64,000 nucleotides of DNA from Mobula hypostoma (lineage: Eukaryota), in the NCBI RefSeq assembly GCF_963921235.1, contig NC_086097.1, positions 33,420,001 to 33,484,000 of the forward strand. Direction: 5' to 3'. The notes beneath the pieces were generated by a model. The model did not search any database, was not told the DNA's origin, and worked only from the letters and a program-made list of their open reading frames with translations. The translations under genes were made by a program, and so were the position numbers. Below are positions 13,187 to 24,584 of the stretch, piece after piece (positions within the stretch are counted from its first letter, which is position 1; each line of letters starts with the position of its first letter).

Positions 13187-14869
13187 TTACCAGGATGCTG
13201 CCAGGACTTGGGGACTTGAGTTACAAGGAATGGTTGAGTAGACTAGAACTTTATTCCCTGGAATGTGACAGATTAAGGGGTGATCTGATAGAGGTATACA
13301 AGATCATAAGGAGCATAGACAGTTTGAAAACACAGTCTTTTCCCCCCAGTGAGGGGGTGATAAAACAATAAGGTGTAGGTTTTTAAGAATCAGAGGTAAG
13401 AATTTTAAAAGGGACATCAGAGGCAGCTTTTCACACAAAGGGTGGAGTGTATTTGAAATATTGGTTGATGTGGACACATTAGACCATAAGACATTGGAGC
13501 AGAACTCGGTCCATCAAGTCTGCTCTACCATTCCATCATGGGTGATATACTATCCCCCTTGATCCTATTCTCCTGCCTTTTTCCTATAACCCTGATGCCC
13601 TGAACCTATCAATCGCCGCTAAAATACACCCAGTGACTTGACCTCTAAAGTCATCTGTGCCAATGAATTCCACAGATTCAGCACTCTCTGGCTAAAGAAA
13701 TTCCTCCTCATCTCTGTTCCAAAGTCACATAACTCTAGCAATGTTTAAAAGCTATTTAGGTAAATAGACGGACATGAGAGATTAAAGGGCTACGGGCCAA
13801 ACGCGGGCAGATGGATCCAGCTCCCTGGACAAACGGTTGGCCTGAAGAGTCTGCTCCCACGCGGTACGATTGTAGGACTGCTATCTGCGCTGATCAGATA
13901 CAGTTACTATAAGTTGGAAAACTTCAATAGATTCAAAAGTAAGTGCGGCACGTTGTCTTCGGGAGGTGCCGACACGGCTGTAGTGAACATGCCAGCGGAT
14001 CTCGGAGGGAAGTGAATCGCAACCCCTCTGCAGCAGCTGCTGGTATTTGGATCGGTGAGTCCAACCCTAGGGGAGGCTGACCCGGTGCTCTTCCAACATT
14101 ATGTGCGGTGCGCACAGCCGCCAGCGATTTTCAGATGTGTCCTGGTACCTGCAGGGTTGCACCGGTGTGTAGATACACACATGGGTGGGATCACGCATGC
14201 GGCGGGCTCCCGTGTAACCCCATAACCAGTGGGTACGCACCTCGGTACCGAGAACCGCAGCGAAGTCGGCTGCCTCGTAGACGACACTGTCAATTCATCC
14301 TGGTCAATTACCATTAGGTCAGAGAGATCACGACACTGCGAGACCTCGCTCTCACCCGAGTCCGCTCGCTGCCCCCCTCACTGTCCGCTCAAAGTGCCAA
14401 TGTCCCCTGCCTGGGTTTAGGGCGCACACGCCCCTCCGCCGCGTACCCGAGGCTACAAGAATCCCTGGCTGACATACTGCCCTCCTTCCGGATAGCAGCC
14501 TGCTCCCTCTGCTGGCCACCAGCCTGCGGGGCGAGAGCCCAGCTCCGGGAGGGGGTCGCCGCCAGCCTGAGGGGCGAGAGCCCAGCTCCGGGAGGGGGTC
14601 GCCGCCAGCCCGCGGTTATGCAACGGCTGTTCACGTACCGAGTTCTACGTCAAATCTGTCCAGGGAACTAGCTGTGAACTTTTCGTACTACAGACTGCAC
14701 AGATTGTTACCAACAACACACAACTCCAGTACTGCTACAGCTGCCACACACAGTGAAGCAAACTTTAATTCACCCAGGCAGAGTGTGGGATACAGATCAT
14801 ACGGCCCAACACACTGAGAAAAGGGACAGAGCCACCGTTCAATCTTTGTCTTCACTCTATCCTGGGAAA

Positions 14870-15095
14870 GTGTGCAGTCAGTGTACTGTATATTATACCC
14901 AGGGTGTGTAATAAGATGATGCAAAGGAAGCTTCACCCTGTGTCTGACCCCTGGGAGTGTGTGATGGGACGGTGCAGAGGGAACTTTACTTTGAGTGTGT
15001 ATTGGAACGGCGCGGAGGAAATATCATTCTGTGTCTGAGTGCGTGGATGGGCACTGTAGAGAGAACTTCACACCGCGTTTTACCCCTGGAGTGAA
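14870..15095. repeat. Degenerate ~52-bp satellite (GGGAGTGTGTGATGGGACAGTGTAGAGGGAGCTTCACTCTGTGTCTGACCCC family)
   Basis: About 4 diverged copies; same unit as 51000-51540 and 53180-54270. Confidence 0.75.
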
Positions 15096-15830
15096 TTCGT
15101 AGACATTTTGTACACTTATACCAGATGTTGCCAAATATTAGCATATGCCGCTTGCTACAGATCTGCACATCTGCTCATCAGGACAGATCCACTTCAGTGC
15201 CTGACAGGTGCGTCACTCGGTGTGTAGTCTATACCAAGCTCCTCTCTATCCCGACAATAGACCCAACACCAGAGGTGATACTGACCTCCGGGCACACTTG
15301 CGCCCGTCCCCACTTCCCCTGCCTAGCCCTGGCCTATGCTCTTGATAGAGGCCTTTCACTATCCCTGGGAATGCTGGGACTGTCCTGCCTCCATTTGCGC
15401 CCCACCTGCTGCTGGCAGCAGACCAGACACTGGCAGCTCTGACAGCGGGCAATGGGGAGGGGGGAGGGGGGAAGGAGGGGAGGGGGGGGTAGGTGACCAG
15501 TTGGGAGTCCCAGCCTCAGTCTCAAACCCTCCCTACCCCGACACCGTTGTGTGACAGGGTGTGTACCAACGTGAGCCAGGTGTGGTGACGCCCTTTCGGC
15601 CGGTCCCAGAGGCAGAGGGGAGGGGAGGGAGGTGGGAGGTGACCAGCTGGGGTTCCCTGCCTCGGTCTCAAACCCTCCCTACCCAGATCACTGCTGTGTG
15701 ATCAGGTGTGGGAGGGTGTGCACTGAGAGCCCAGCCAGGTGCCAGGCGTCGGAACGCCCCCCTCGGCCCACCCAGAGGTGGAGAGGAGGGGGTGGTGGGT
15801 TTAGAACTCGCATTTGCCACCCTCACTTAC

Positions 15831-16176
15831 TGTCGACGGTTGGGCCGGGAATCATGTCAAACTTGTACACCTCCTTGGCGTAGTACTCGAAATCGGTGTT
15901 ATGAGTCAAACAGCTCTGTTCGCGGTCCCTGCCCAGCTCTTGCAGCAGCTCCCGGGTGCTGTTATACATGGCCAGGACCTGTGGCGGCACCTCGGCGGGC
16001 CCCGGCTCCTCGGGGGGGCTGGTGAACCGCAGCTTGCTCAGGATCTGCCCGCGGATGGCCTCCACACGCTTCTTCTTCACGTGTTCAGTGTCCACCGTGG
16101 AGCAGGTGGAGAGCGGTCGGCTCACGGCCACCAGGTCCAAAGCGGTCAACAGCAGCAGCAGCCTCCGCACACACAT
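15831..16176 (-). CDS. TGFB3: Transforming growth factor beta-3 proprotein, coding exon 1 (signal peptide + LAP N-terminus)
   Basis: ATG at 16176 (A at -3). Translation [55 protein letters not shown]...YNSTRELL...[15 protein letters not shown] has a hydrophobic leader, the LAP STC cysteine and [16 protein letters not shown]. Ends phase 1 at donor GTAAGT (15830). Adjacent head-to-head IFT43 supports the TGFB3 paralog. Confidence 0.96.
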
Positions 16177-16210
16177 GATCGTCCCGGGAGCGCGGCGCGC
16201 ACCCGCGCAC

Positions 16211-16329
16211 AGAGTTTCCACAACTCCGCGAACTTTCCAACAACCTTACACTACTTTCGCAAACTTTCCAGCAACTTCACAAACTTTCCAGCAATTTCGC
16301 AGACTTTCCAGCAACTTCGCAAATTTCGC
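16211..16329. repeat. ~20-bp tandem repeat in the predicted TGFB3 5' UTR
   Basis: AAACTTTCCAGCAACTTCRC at 16261, 16281 and 16301, plus degenerate flanking copies. Confidence 0.85.
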
Positions 16330-16499
16330 CCACGTCCCAGATGTGGTGCGAGCTCTGGCCAGCGATGACGGTCGGCTGGCTCCCGTCTGCGCTTGTCCCA
16401 GGACCAAGCTCCTCCGACACCCAGCGCCGCACAAAGGGTCGATCCCACTCGCTGTCTCTCGCCCTCCGCAGTCTAGCTCGATGCCTCCCACTTCCAGCC

Positions 16500-16524
16500 T
16501 TTTATACTCGCCGCGGTGACGTTC
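16500..16524 (-). promoter_or_regulatory. TGFB3 core promoter: CRE-like element (GAACGTCA) followed by TATA box (TATAAAA)
   Basis: Minus strand reads GAACGTCACCGCGGCGAGTATAAAAGG, about 325 bp upstream of the ATG in CpG-rich sequence. A CRE just upstream of TATA is the known layout of the mammalian TGFB3 promoter. Confidence 0.7.
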
Positions 16525-16669
16525 CGGAAGGGCCGGATCATCGAGCCCGGCCGTGGGCACGGCGTCATCAGCAACAGGGCAGCCAGGAGCTGGGGAACAA
16601 CAGCAGCCGTTCCGGCAGCAGAGGCCCAAGCAGGCAGAGACGCCCGCAGAAGTTTATATACACTGACAG

Positions 16670-17030
16670 ACATTAATACACGTTACAGAATACGCACGAA
16701 TGCACATTCTACACAGATACACGCATCACAGCCGCACACACTACAGGGAAAACACAGCAAAAAACACAAATACACACATCTAGGCAACACAAATGCGCAC
16801 ACACACACAATACAGGGATACAGCGCAGCCACACACAAATACACTACACAGATGCTACACGTACACAAGACACACTTACACATACACATATAGGAGGCAT
16901 CACAGTGGCATACACACATATACACTACTGGGATACATCACATCTACACAGACACGCACACACACACTCACAACAGGAAAACATCACAGTGACACACACA
17001 TTACAGATACACAAATCACGGCGACACACA
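16670..17030. repeat. CA-rich low-complexity tract upstream of the TGFB3 promoter
   Basis: Degenerate (CA)n/(TACAC)n runs. Confidence 0.8.
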
Positions 17031-17034
17031 CTTG

Positions 17035-18340
17035 ACCTTGCCATGGGAAATCCCTCCCCACCTGGACCAGAGCTTGTACAACTGCAACATAAGGTCCCGA
17101 CTTCTATACTCAGTGCCCTGACTGATGAAGGCCAGTTGTGCCTTCTTCTCCACCCTGTCTGCCTGTGGTGTTGCTTTTACTGAACTACGCATTTGTGGTC
17201 CTAGATCTCTCCGTTCCATTATACTCCCTAGTTCTCTACCATTCATGGTATAAGCCCCAAACACTCAAACTTATCTGTACTGAAATCCATTTGCCATTCC
17301 TCAGCCCATTTCACTAACTGATCAAGATTCCCTTGTAATCCTCATAACCTCTTTCACTATCAACAACACCTCCTTATTTTATGTCATCTTCAAATTTACC
17401 AATCAAGCCTTGTGCATCCACATCCAAATCCCACTTATCTAAATAAGCAATAATGATTATATATACAGTCCCAACACCGACCTCTGTGGCACATCACAAG
17501 TCACCAACCTCCATTCTGAGAAATAACCTTCAATCACCACTCTCTGCTTCCTATTTCTGAATTAATTTTGAATACACCCAAGGAACTCTCCCTGAATTCC
17601 AGACCTGTCAACCATGTACAACCTTGCTAAAGTCCAGACGGACAATATCCACTACCCTGCCTTCATCTACCATTTTGGCTATCTTTTCCTCTCTAGCCTC
17701 CCACAAAGTCTGAGGATGTACTTTATGAGGGCATGGGGACTTGTCTGCCTTCATGTGCTGTAAGGATGCAAATACTTCCTCCCTGATAATATGGATGTCC
17801 TCCAAATGATCTCAGCTTGTTTCCTTCATCTCTTGTGCAAACACGATTTTCTTCTCAGTAGTCACAGAGGAGAAATAGTCATTAAAAATTCCACCTATCT
17901 CCTGTCGCTCAAGATGCGGATAGCCCTGCCAATCTCAAAGCAAGTTATTCCCTCCTTCGCCACCATTTTACTCTTTATACAGCTATGGAACCTCTTGGGG
18001 TTTTCCTTAACCAGCTACATCCATCTCATACCTTCGTTTTGCCCAACTGATTACCATCTTAAGTATATTTTAAATCCCTTTATGATCATCAAAGGATTTA
18101 CTCCATCCTGACTTCTTTTACCTGAGCAGAAACCCAATATCTCACATCAGCTGGGGTTCCCTAAACTTGCCAGATTTACCCTTCACCCTTACAGAAACAT
18201 GCTACTCCAGGACTCTTGATATCATATCTGTGATAGCTTCCACTACCCATTCACTCCTTTCCCTTCATATAAGATCACCCCATCGACCTCTGCTAGATCC
18301 TGTCTAATTGTGACAAAATTAACCCTGCTCCGTTTTAGAA
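17035..18340 (-). mobile_element. Degenerate CR1-type LINE remnant
   Basis: MNGRELGS..E.RDLG and DKSP.P..VHP.TLWEAREE/VDEGR.VD.V.LDFSK fragments. Confidence 0.75.
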
Positions 18341-18870
18341 TCCTATCCTGTAGACTGATGTATCTTAAAACTAATGGATTTATGTTCACTAATTCCATGA
18401 ATGAAATGTTGCTGTCTTCGTGGGTGAGAATAGGGACTGAAAACCAGGAAGAAATGTTGTATAGCATGGCAGAAGACATCAGAAACTCCCCAGTGATGGT
18501 CAAGAGGAAAGGGATGGAGACAGCCATTACCATAAGAGACAAGGAAGCATCAGATCCCGGGAATTTATCATCACCAATCCCGATATTCACATAACTTCTT
18601 ACTATTCCCACTTTACTTCAGCGTGCTCCAGTTGGAATGGATAACCAATGACTAATGGCTAACTAGCTGCTCAACCACCATAATTATCCTAATGGCTAAC
18701 CTATCATTCAATTCCAAACTAGTCAACCAATGGCTAACCTATCATTCAATGGTTCACCAGTCGATGAATGGCTAACTAGTCAACCAACAGCTAACCAGTT
18801 GACCAATAATGGTTAAGCTATGTCTTCAGAAAGTTTGCCAATAACACAATTGTTGTTGAATTGCAGATTG

Positions 18871-19815
18871 TGTCACATACCCCGTGACGGGAATAAAGAA
18901 CCAGCAGAAATAGAAAACACTTTGGAGTCCAGTACTACTATAAACTAATAATATTTATTAGTAACTATGCAATACAGTAATATAAAAGTAAATAAATCAC
19001 ACAGGTTAGCAATGATTATATATATAAGTACGTAAATCAGTAAGTGTGGAAATATATGTATGAAAACCAAGCTTCTTTAAGTCTAGGGGTAAAAAGATAC
19101 AGTCTTACAATGTTGAGTAAAGTTCAGTTCAGTTCAGTTTGTGGTAATTAGTTGAGTAGTGATGGAGAGGGAGAGAGAGAGAGAGTGAGTCGAGTCTTCA
19201 GGTGAGCTGATGCTGTCGATCTTCTCATCATCCTCCGAAATCCTTTACAAGTCACCGACTGTGACTTTAACCGGGGGACCAGTTTTCCTGTGGTGGAGCT
19301 ATCACCCCAGCAAAGGTGGACACATAGATAACTCCCCACCAGTCAACCCCTTCTTCACCGTTGGAATAGCAATTTAGATCGATCCGCCTGATCAATCCTC
19401 CAAAACCTACTTTCTCTGCGGGCACAACAATGCTCATTCAGTGTCCAGTTCGTGTGTTTGAGGTCTGTATCATCTGACCTCCTATTTATTTCTCTGTGCT
19501 GAGCATCACCTGTCATTCAAAGAGTCTCTCCTTCCTTTGTCTGTGAAGAAATGCACAAGCAAGCGAACTGTCCTTGAAAATAATATCAACAACCTGCCTT
19601 TGGTCACCATAGCAACTTTCGAGCTGCGTGGTGCTGTCTCCAACTCCAAACTCAGTAAAAATCCAAAGTTACTTCCAATGCCTTAAAGTGACAGTCCATC
19701 TATTAATCTTCGTCTCTCTCTCTCTCTTCAAAAGCAACATATCGGTAGTAAATAACTCTTTCTCTCTCTCTCTTCAAAAGCACAGTTAATAGGAGTACTC
19801 CAGGATCTCCTCACA
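18871..19815 (-). mobile_element. Solo LTR (TG...CA, 4-bp TSD) inserted in a Rex1 remnant
   Basis: Starts TGTCACA, ends TCACA. Flanks ATTG (18867-18870) / ATCG (19816-19819). It splits a Rex1 RT between its KFAxxT and DExxxRSEI segments. AATAAA on the minus strand near 18955. Confidence 0.75.
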
Positions 19816-19819
19816 ATCG

Positions 19820-20585
19820 TGACGAGAAGGTGTAAAGAAGTGAGATAGAGCAGCTGGTTGAGTGGTGTTGCAAAAGCCTCACTCTCAACATCAGTAAGAC
19901 CAAAGAATTGATTGTGAACTTCAGGAAGGGGAAGTTGAGGGAACACACACTATCCTCATTGAGGGGTCAGCAGTGGAAAGAGTGAGCATCTACAAGTTCC
20001 TGGGTGCCAACATCTCTGAATATCTATCCTGGTCTGATACTAATGCAATTACAAAGAAGGCACACCAGCGACTATACTTCATTAGGAGTTTGAGTAGGTC
20101 ACCAAAGACTTAAGCAAATTTCTCTAGATATACTGTGGAGATCATTCTGACTGGTTGCATCAGGGTCCGGTATGGAGACACCAGAGCTTAACAATGCAGA
20201 GGGTTGTAGATTCAACCAGCTCCATCATGGGCACTAGCCTCCCACTACTGAGGCAATCTTCAATATGTGGTTGTCTCAAGAAAGCAGCATCCATCATTAA
20301 GGACCCTTGCCATCCAAGACATGTCCTCTTCTCATTACTACCATCAGGGAGGAGGTACAGGAGCCTGAAAACCTACTCCCAATGTTTTAGGACCAGCTTC
20401 TTCTCCCCTGCCATCAGATTTCTGGTGAACATTATGTCGCTTTTTGATCTCTCTTATTTTGCACTAAATTTTTTGGTATATTTCTTATTATAACTTATAA
20501 TAATTTTTATATATTGCACTGTACTGCTGCAGCAAAACAACACATCTTACAACATGTCAGATAATAAATCTAATTCTGATTCTGA
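19820..20585 (+). mobile_element. Rex1/Babar-type LINE 3' remnant (host of the solo LTR; 5' piece at about 18825-18870)
   Basis: LNISKTKELIVNF and CLKKAASIIKDPCHP..LFSLLPSGRRYRSL motifs; tail TAATTCTGATTCTGA. Confidence 0.85.
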
Positions 20586-20594
20586 AACAGAGAA

Positions 20595-20750
20595 AGACAT
20601 ACACTGCTCCCTCAAAACCGCCCTCCCAGTGTGACCCTCCCTCAGTACTGCACCCCCATTATGACCCTCACTTGGTGCTGCCCCTCCCACAGTGTGAGCC
20701 TCGCTCAGAACTGCCCCTCACTCAGTGTGACCCTCGAAACTGCTGCCTCT
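20595..20750. repeat. Degenerate ~30-bp tandem repeat (CTGCCCCTCCCACAGTGTGACCCTCCCTCAGTA-like)
   Basis: About 5 diverged copies. Confidence 0.65.
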
Positions 20751-21540
20751 TTCTGTGGAATCTTGCTGCACACTTACTGGGAGCCGTGATTCTTACCCCA
20801 ACAGAGTTCACCACTCCAAGGTGTGTGGTTGTACTGAGAATGAACTAGGAGCTCACAGGCCCTCTCGGTGAGTGAGAGGCAATGGGGTGAGGGAGGCTAA
20901 TTGAGGTTAAGAGTGTGTTGAGGAAGGACAAAAGTGTGTTGGAGGATGAGTAGGTTAGTGAGGGAGGTGTTGGGTGAAGAACTTGAGGGATGGATAAAAA
21001 CAAAGGACAGAGGATGAGGTAAGAGGGAAGAAGTAAGGGGAGGTTTGAACTGTGTTAAGGGTGAGGGAGGAGGGAAGTGAGGATGGAGGGTGGGTGGTGA
21101 GAGAGTTGTGTAGGTGAGGGAGGGGTAAAGGGAAAGTGTGAAGAAGAGGAAGATCAGAAGTGTACTGGGGAAGGGTGAGGGAGGGTGTTGGAGGGGTGAT
21201 TCAGAGGAGCTGTTGCAGGAGTGGTGAGGGAGATATGGGACAAGAGAGGTGTTGCGGGTGGGTGAAGGGGTGGAGAAGTGGTGAGTGAGTTATGGGAGGG
21301 AGGGATGTTGGAGGAAGTATGGGTGGTAGTGAGAGGAAGCTACCTCGGAGGAGTGGTAGAGGAAAGTGATGTTTTCTTCTTTTTCTTGTAAATTTAATGG
21401 CGACTGTCAGACCAACATAAGGTGCATTACTGACACTTACTGAGCTGGAGTGTGGAGCAAAGAGACAGGAAGTATACCCACTAAATTCCCCCGAAACAAA
21501 TCTGAAACAATATCTAAAAGTCTCATGCTTTTCAGGTCAG

Positions 21541-23690
21541 ATTAGATTAGATTAGATTAAACTTTTATTGTCATTGTGCCGAGTACAGATACAAAGCCAA
21601 TGAAATGCAGTTAGCATCTGACCAGGAATGCAAAGAACAGTATTATTTAAAAAATAACTGCAATAAAAAGTAAGTACTACAGCACACAAATATAAAAATA
21701 CTGAGACAGTCCAATATGGGTGCAATATTGCTTAGCCCTGTGATGAGAGGTTCAACAGGGTCACAGCCTAAGGGAAGAAGTTCTTCCTGTGCCTGCTGGT
21801 GCGGGAACGGAGGCTCCTGTAGCACCTACCGGATGGGAGGAGAGTAAAAAGTCCATGGTTAGGGTGAGAAGCATTCTTGATAATGCTTTTCGCCCTGCCC
21901 AGGCAGCATTTATGGTAGATGTTCTCAATGGTGGGAACTGGGTGCTGATAATCCGCTGGGCAGTTTTCACCAACCGCTGGAGTGCTTTGCGGTCCGATAC
22001 AGGACAATCACTATACCACACTGAGATGCAGTTGGTGAGTATGTTCTCAATGATACAGTGGTAAAAGTCCGTCAGTATCCTGGGACAGAGGTGAGCTTTC
22101 TTGATGCTCTGCAGGAAATAAAGGTGCTGTTGTGCCTTTTTGATCAGGATGGAGGAGTTCAGGGACCTGGTGAGATCCTCGGAAATGTGGACACCAAGGA
22201 ATGTGAGGCTTGATACACGCTCCACTACAGCTCCGTTGATGTAGATGAGGACATGAGTGTGGCTCCCAGCATGCCTAAAGTCCACAATGATCTCCTTGGT
22301 CTTCTGGGTGTTAAGGGCCAGGTTGTTGTCGGCACACCACACGGCCAGGTGCTGGACCTCGTCCCTATAGGCCGTCTCGTCATCCCCTCTGATCAGGCCA
22401 ACCACCATGGTGTCGTCTGCGAACTTGATTATGGAGTTAGAACCATGAACAGGAACGCAGTCATAGGTGAAAAGGGAGTACAGAAGAGGGCTCAGCACAC
22501 AGCCTTGAGGCACGCCGGTGTGCAGGGTGAGAGTGAAGGAGGAGAGGTTGTCTAACTTAACTGATTGGGGTCTGTTAGTCAGAAAGTCCAAGGTCCAATT
22601 GCAGAGGGATGAGCTGATACCAAGCTGGCGAAGTTTGGCGATCAGCTTGTAGGGGATCACAGTATTGAATGCGGAAATAAAGTCAATGAACCGCATTCTG
22701 ATGTAAGAGTTGGGGCTGTCCAGGTGGGTCAAGGCAGAGTGAAGTGCTGTGGAGATGGCGTCCTCTGTTGACCTGTTGGTGCAATGGGCAAATTGATGGG
22801 GGTCCAGGGTAGTGGGCAGACAGGATTTCAGATGTGATAGGACCAGTCTGTCAAAGCACTTTGCAATGATGGGGGTGAGTGCAACTGGACGGAAGTCACT
22901 CAGGCCCGTGGCAGTGGAATGCTTTGGCACTGGCACGATGGTGGCGATCTTGAATCTTGTGGGGACAATTGCCTGGGCCAGGGACAGATTGAAAATGTCC
23001 GTGAAGACCCTGGCCAACTGCCCTGCACAGACTCTGAGCACACGGCCAGGTATTCCATCAGGACCAGCTGCCTTCCGTACATTCACCCTGCTCAGGGTGG
23101 CGCAAACATCGGAGGTGGAAAGTGAGAGAGGCAGTTCAGCAGGTGGGAGATCCGCTTTGAGGGTGGCTTCCTTGTTCTCTCGGCCAAAGTGAGCGTAGAA
23201 CTAATTGAGCTCATCAGGGAGGGAAGCAGAGCTGGAAGGGGGCACAGTACTAGGTGGTTTGAAGTCAGTAATGACCTGTATGCCATGCCACATGTGCTGG
23301 GGATCCGAGGAATTGAAATGCTCCTTGATTCTCTGTTTGCATATGTGTTTAGCCTGAGAGATTCCCCTCCTCAGGTTGGCCCTGGCAGAGCTGTAAGCCT
23401 CCCGGTCTCCAGATCTGAAGGCTGAATCTTTGGCTTTGAGCAGGAGGCGAACTTCTCTGTTCATCCATGGTTTCTGATTGGGGAAAACTTTTATTTGTTT
23501 TAGTGATGTCACTCTATCTACACACTTGTTGATGTACTCAAGGACAGAGTTGGTATATAAGTCAATGTTAATCTGAGAGTCTGTGGTGGCATGGGCAGCA
23601 AACGCGCTCCAGTCTGTGTGCTGGAATTGGTGCTGAAGAGCAGAGTCAGCACCCTCCAGCCAGATCTTTATTGCGGGTTTCACATGTTTA
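21541..23690 (-). mobile_element. 5'-truncated Rex1/Babar LINE with a largely intact RT (441-aa ORF 21761-23086)
   Basis: [42 protein letters not shown] and IKFADD motifs; upstream NQKPW ORF 23201-23710 is frameshifted; (TCTAA)n tail at 21541-21560. Confidence 0.92.
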
Positions 23691-23934
23691 AGATACATAC
23701 CTCCAGTCATTGCAATGGCAGTAAAATCCGAATAAACTTTCCATGTTAAACTGTGTGTGTCCTGAAGACTTCAGTTTAGCAATTAAATGATTCCTTTGCA
23801 CCTCATACGAAATGCATTCAAACAATATATGCTGAACCATTTCTTTATAAGTGCACTCGTTACAAATGCCCATATCAAGCTTATTAATTCTGAACAAGGA
23901 ATTATTCAACCTTGTATGTCCAATATGTAAGTCT

Positions 23935-24559
23935 CACAAAATGTTAAGGGAACTCAGCAGGTCTATGGAAAAGAGTAAACAGTCGATGATTTGAGCAGAG
24001 ACCCGTCATCAGGACTGGAAAAAGAGACATTGGAACTCAGAGTAAGAAGGTGCGGGGAGGAGAGAGAGAAGTACAAGGTAGAGGGTGATAGGTGAAATCA
24101 GGACAGGGGAGGGATGAAGTAAAGAGCTGGGAAGTTGATACAGGGCTGGAGAAGTGGAGAGGACAGAAGACCATGGAAGAAAGAGAAGAGGGAGGAGCTC
24201 CAGAGCAAGATTTGGCAGGTAGGAAGATAAGGAAAGAGAGGGAAATGGGAATGGGGAATGGTGAAGGAGAAGGTTGGGGCGGGGGAACAACTACCAGGTT
24301 AATGGGTCTGAATGGGCACATGGTCGAAGAGTCAGAGGGCACACAAGGTCAAATTTTTCTCTTGTTCGTGATTTGACTACTACACTGCAAAGTCTCTTCC
24401 AGCGATGCCTACCCTGAAGAAGTTCAAATCTTCCCTTCGACAGTAGTTCAGTGAAATCCTCTCTCACTGCTGCCCTCTGATTCTTCAACCATGTGCTCCT
24501 CCAGCATTTTGTATGTATTACTTTGAGTTCCAGCATCTGCAGATTTTCTCTTGTTTGTG
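23935..24559 (-). mobile_element. Penelope-like fragment with an inverted terminus, flanked by a target duplication
   Basis: PLE terminus with degenerate hammerhead (23980-24017) and an inverted terminus at about 24490-24559. Flanks ATGTCCAATATGTAA (23916-23930) / ATGTCCAATACATAA (24560-24574). Confidence 0.7.
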
Positions 24560-24584
24560 ATGTCCAATACATAAATATGTATGT

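Noticed and set aside
570..16176. Assignment as TGFB1 or TGFB2
   Set aside because: [35 protein letters not shown] and the IFT43 neighbour all point to TGFB3.
16177..16221. N-terminal extension [15 protein letters not shown] shown in the ORF track
   Set aside because: Begins at GTG. The ATG at 16176 has good context and directly precedes the signal peptide.
18243..18611. Overlapping 122 and 94 aa ORFs
   Set aside because: No recognisable domain or splice support; partly overlaps a CR1 remnant.
21761..23086. Active or domesticated reverse transcriptase gene
   Set aside because: 5'-truncated, frameshifted at both ends, no endonuclease domain; an ordinary LINE copy.
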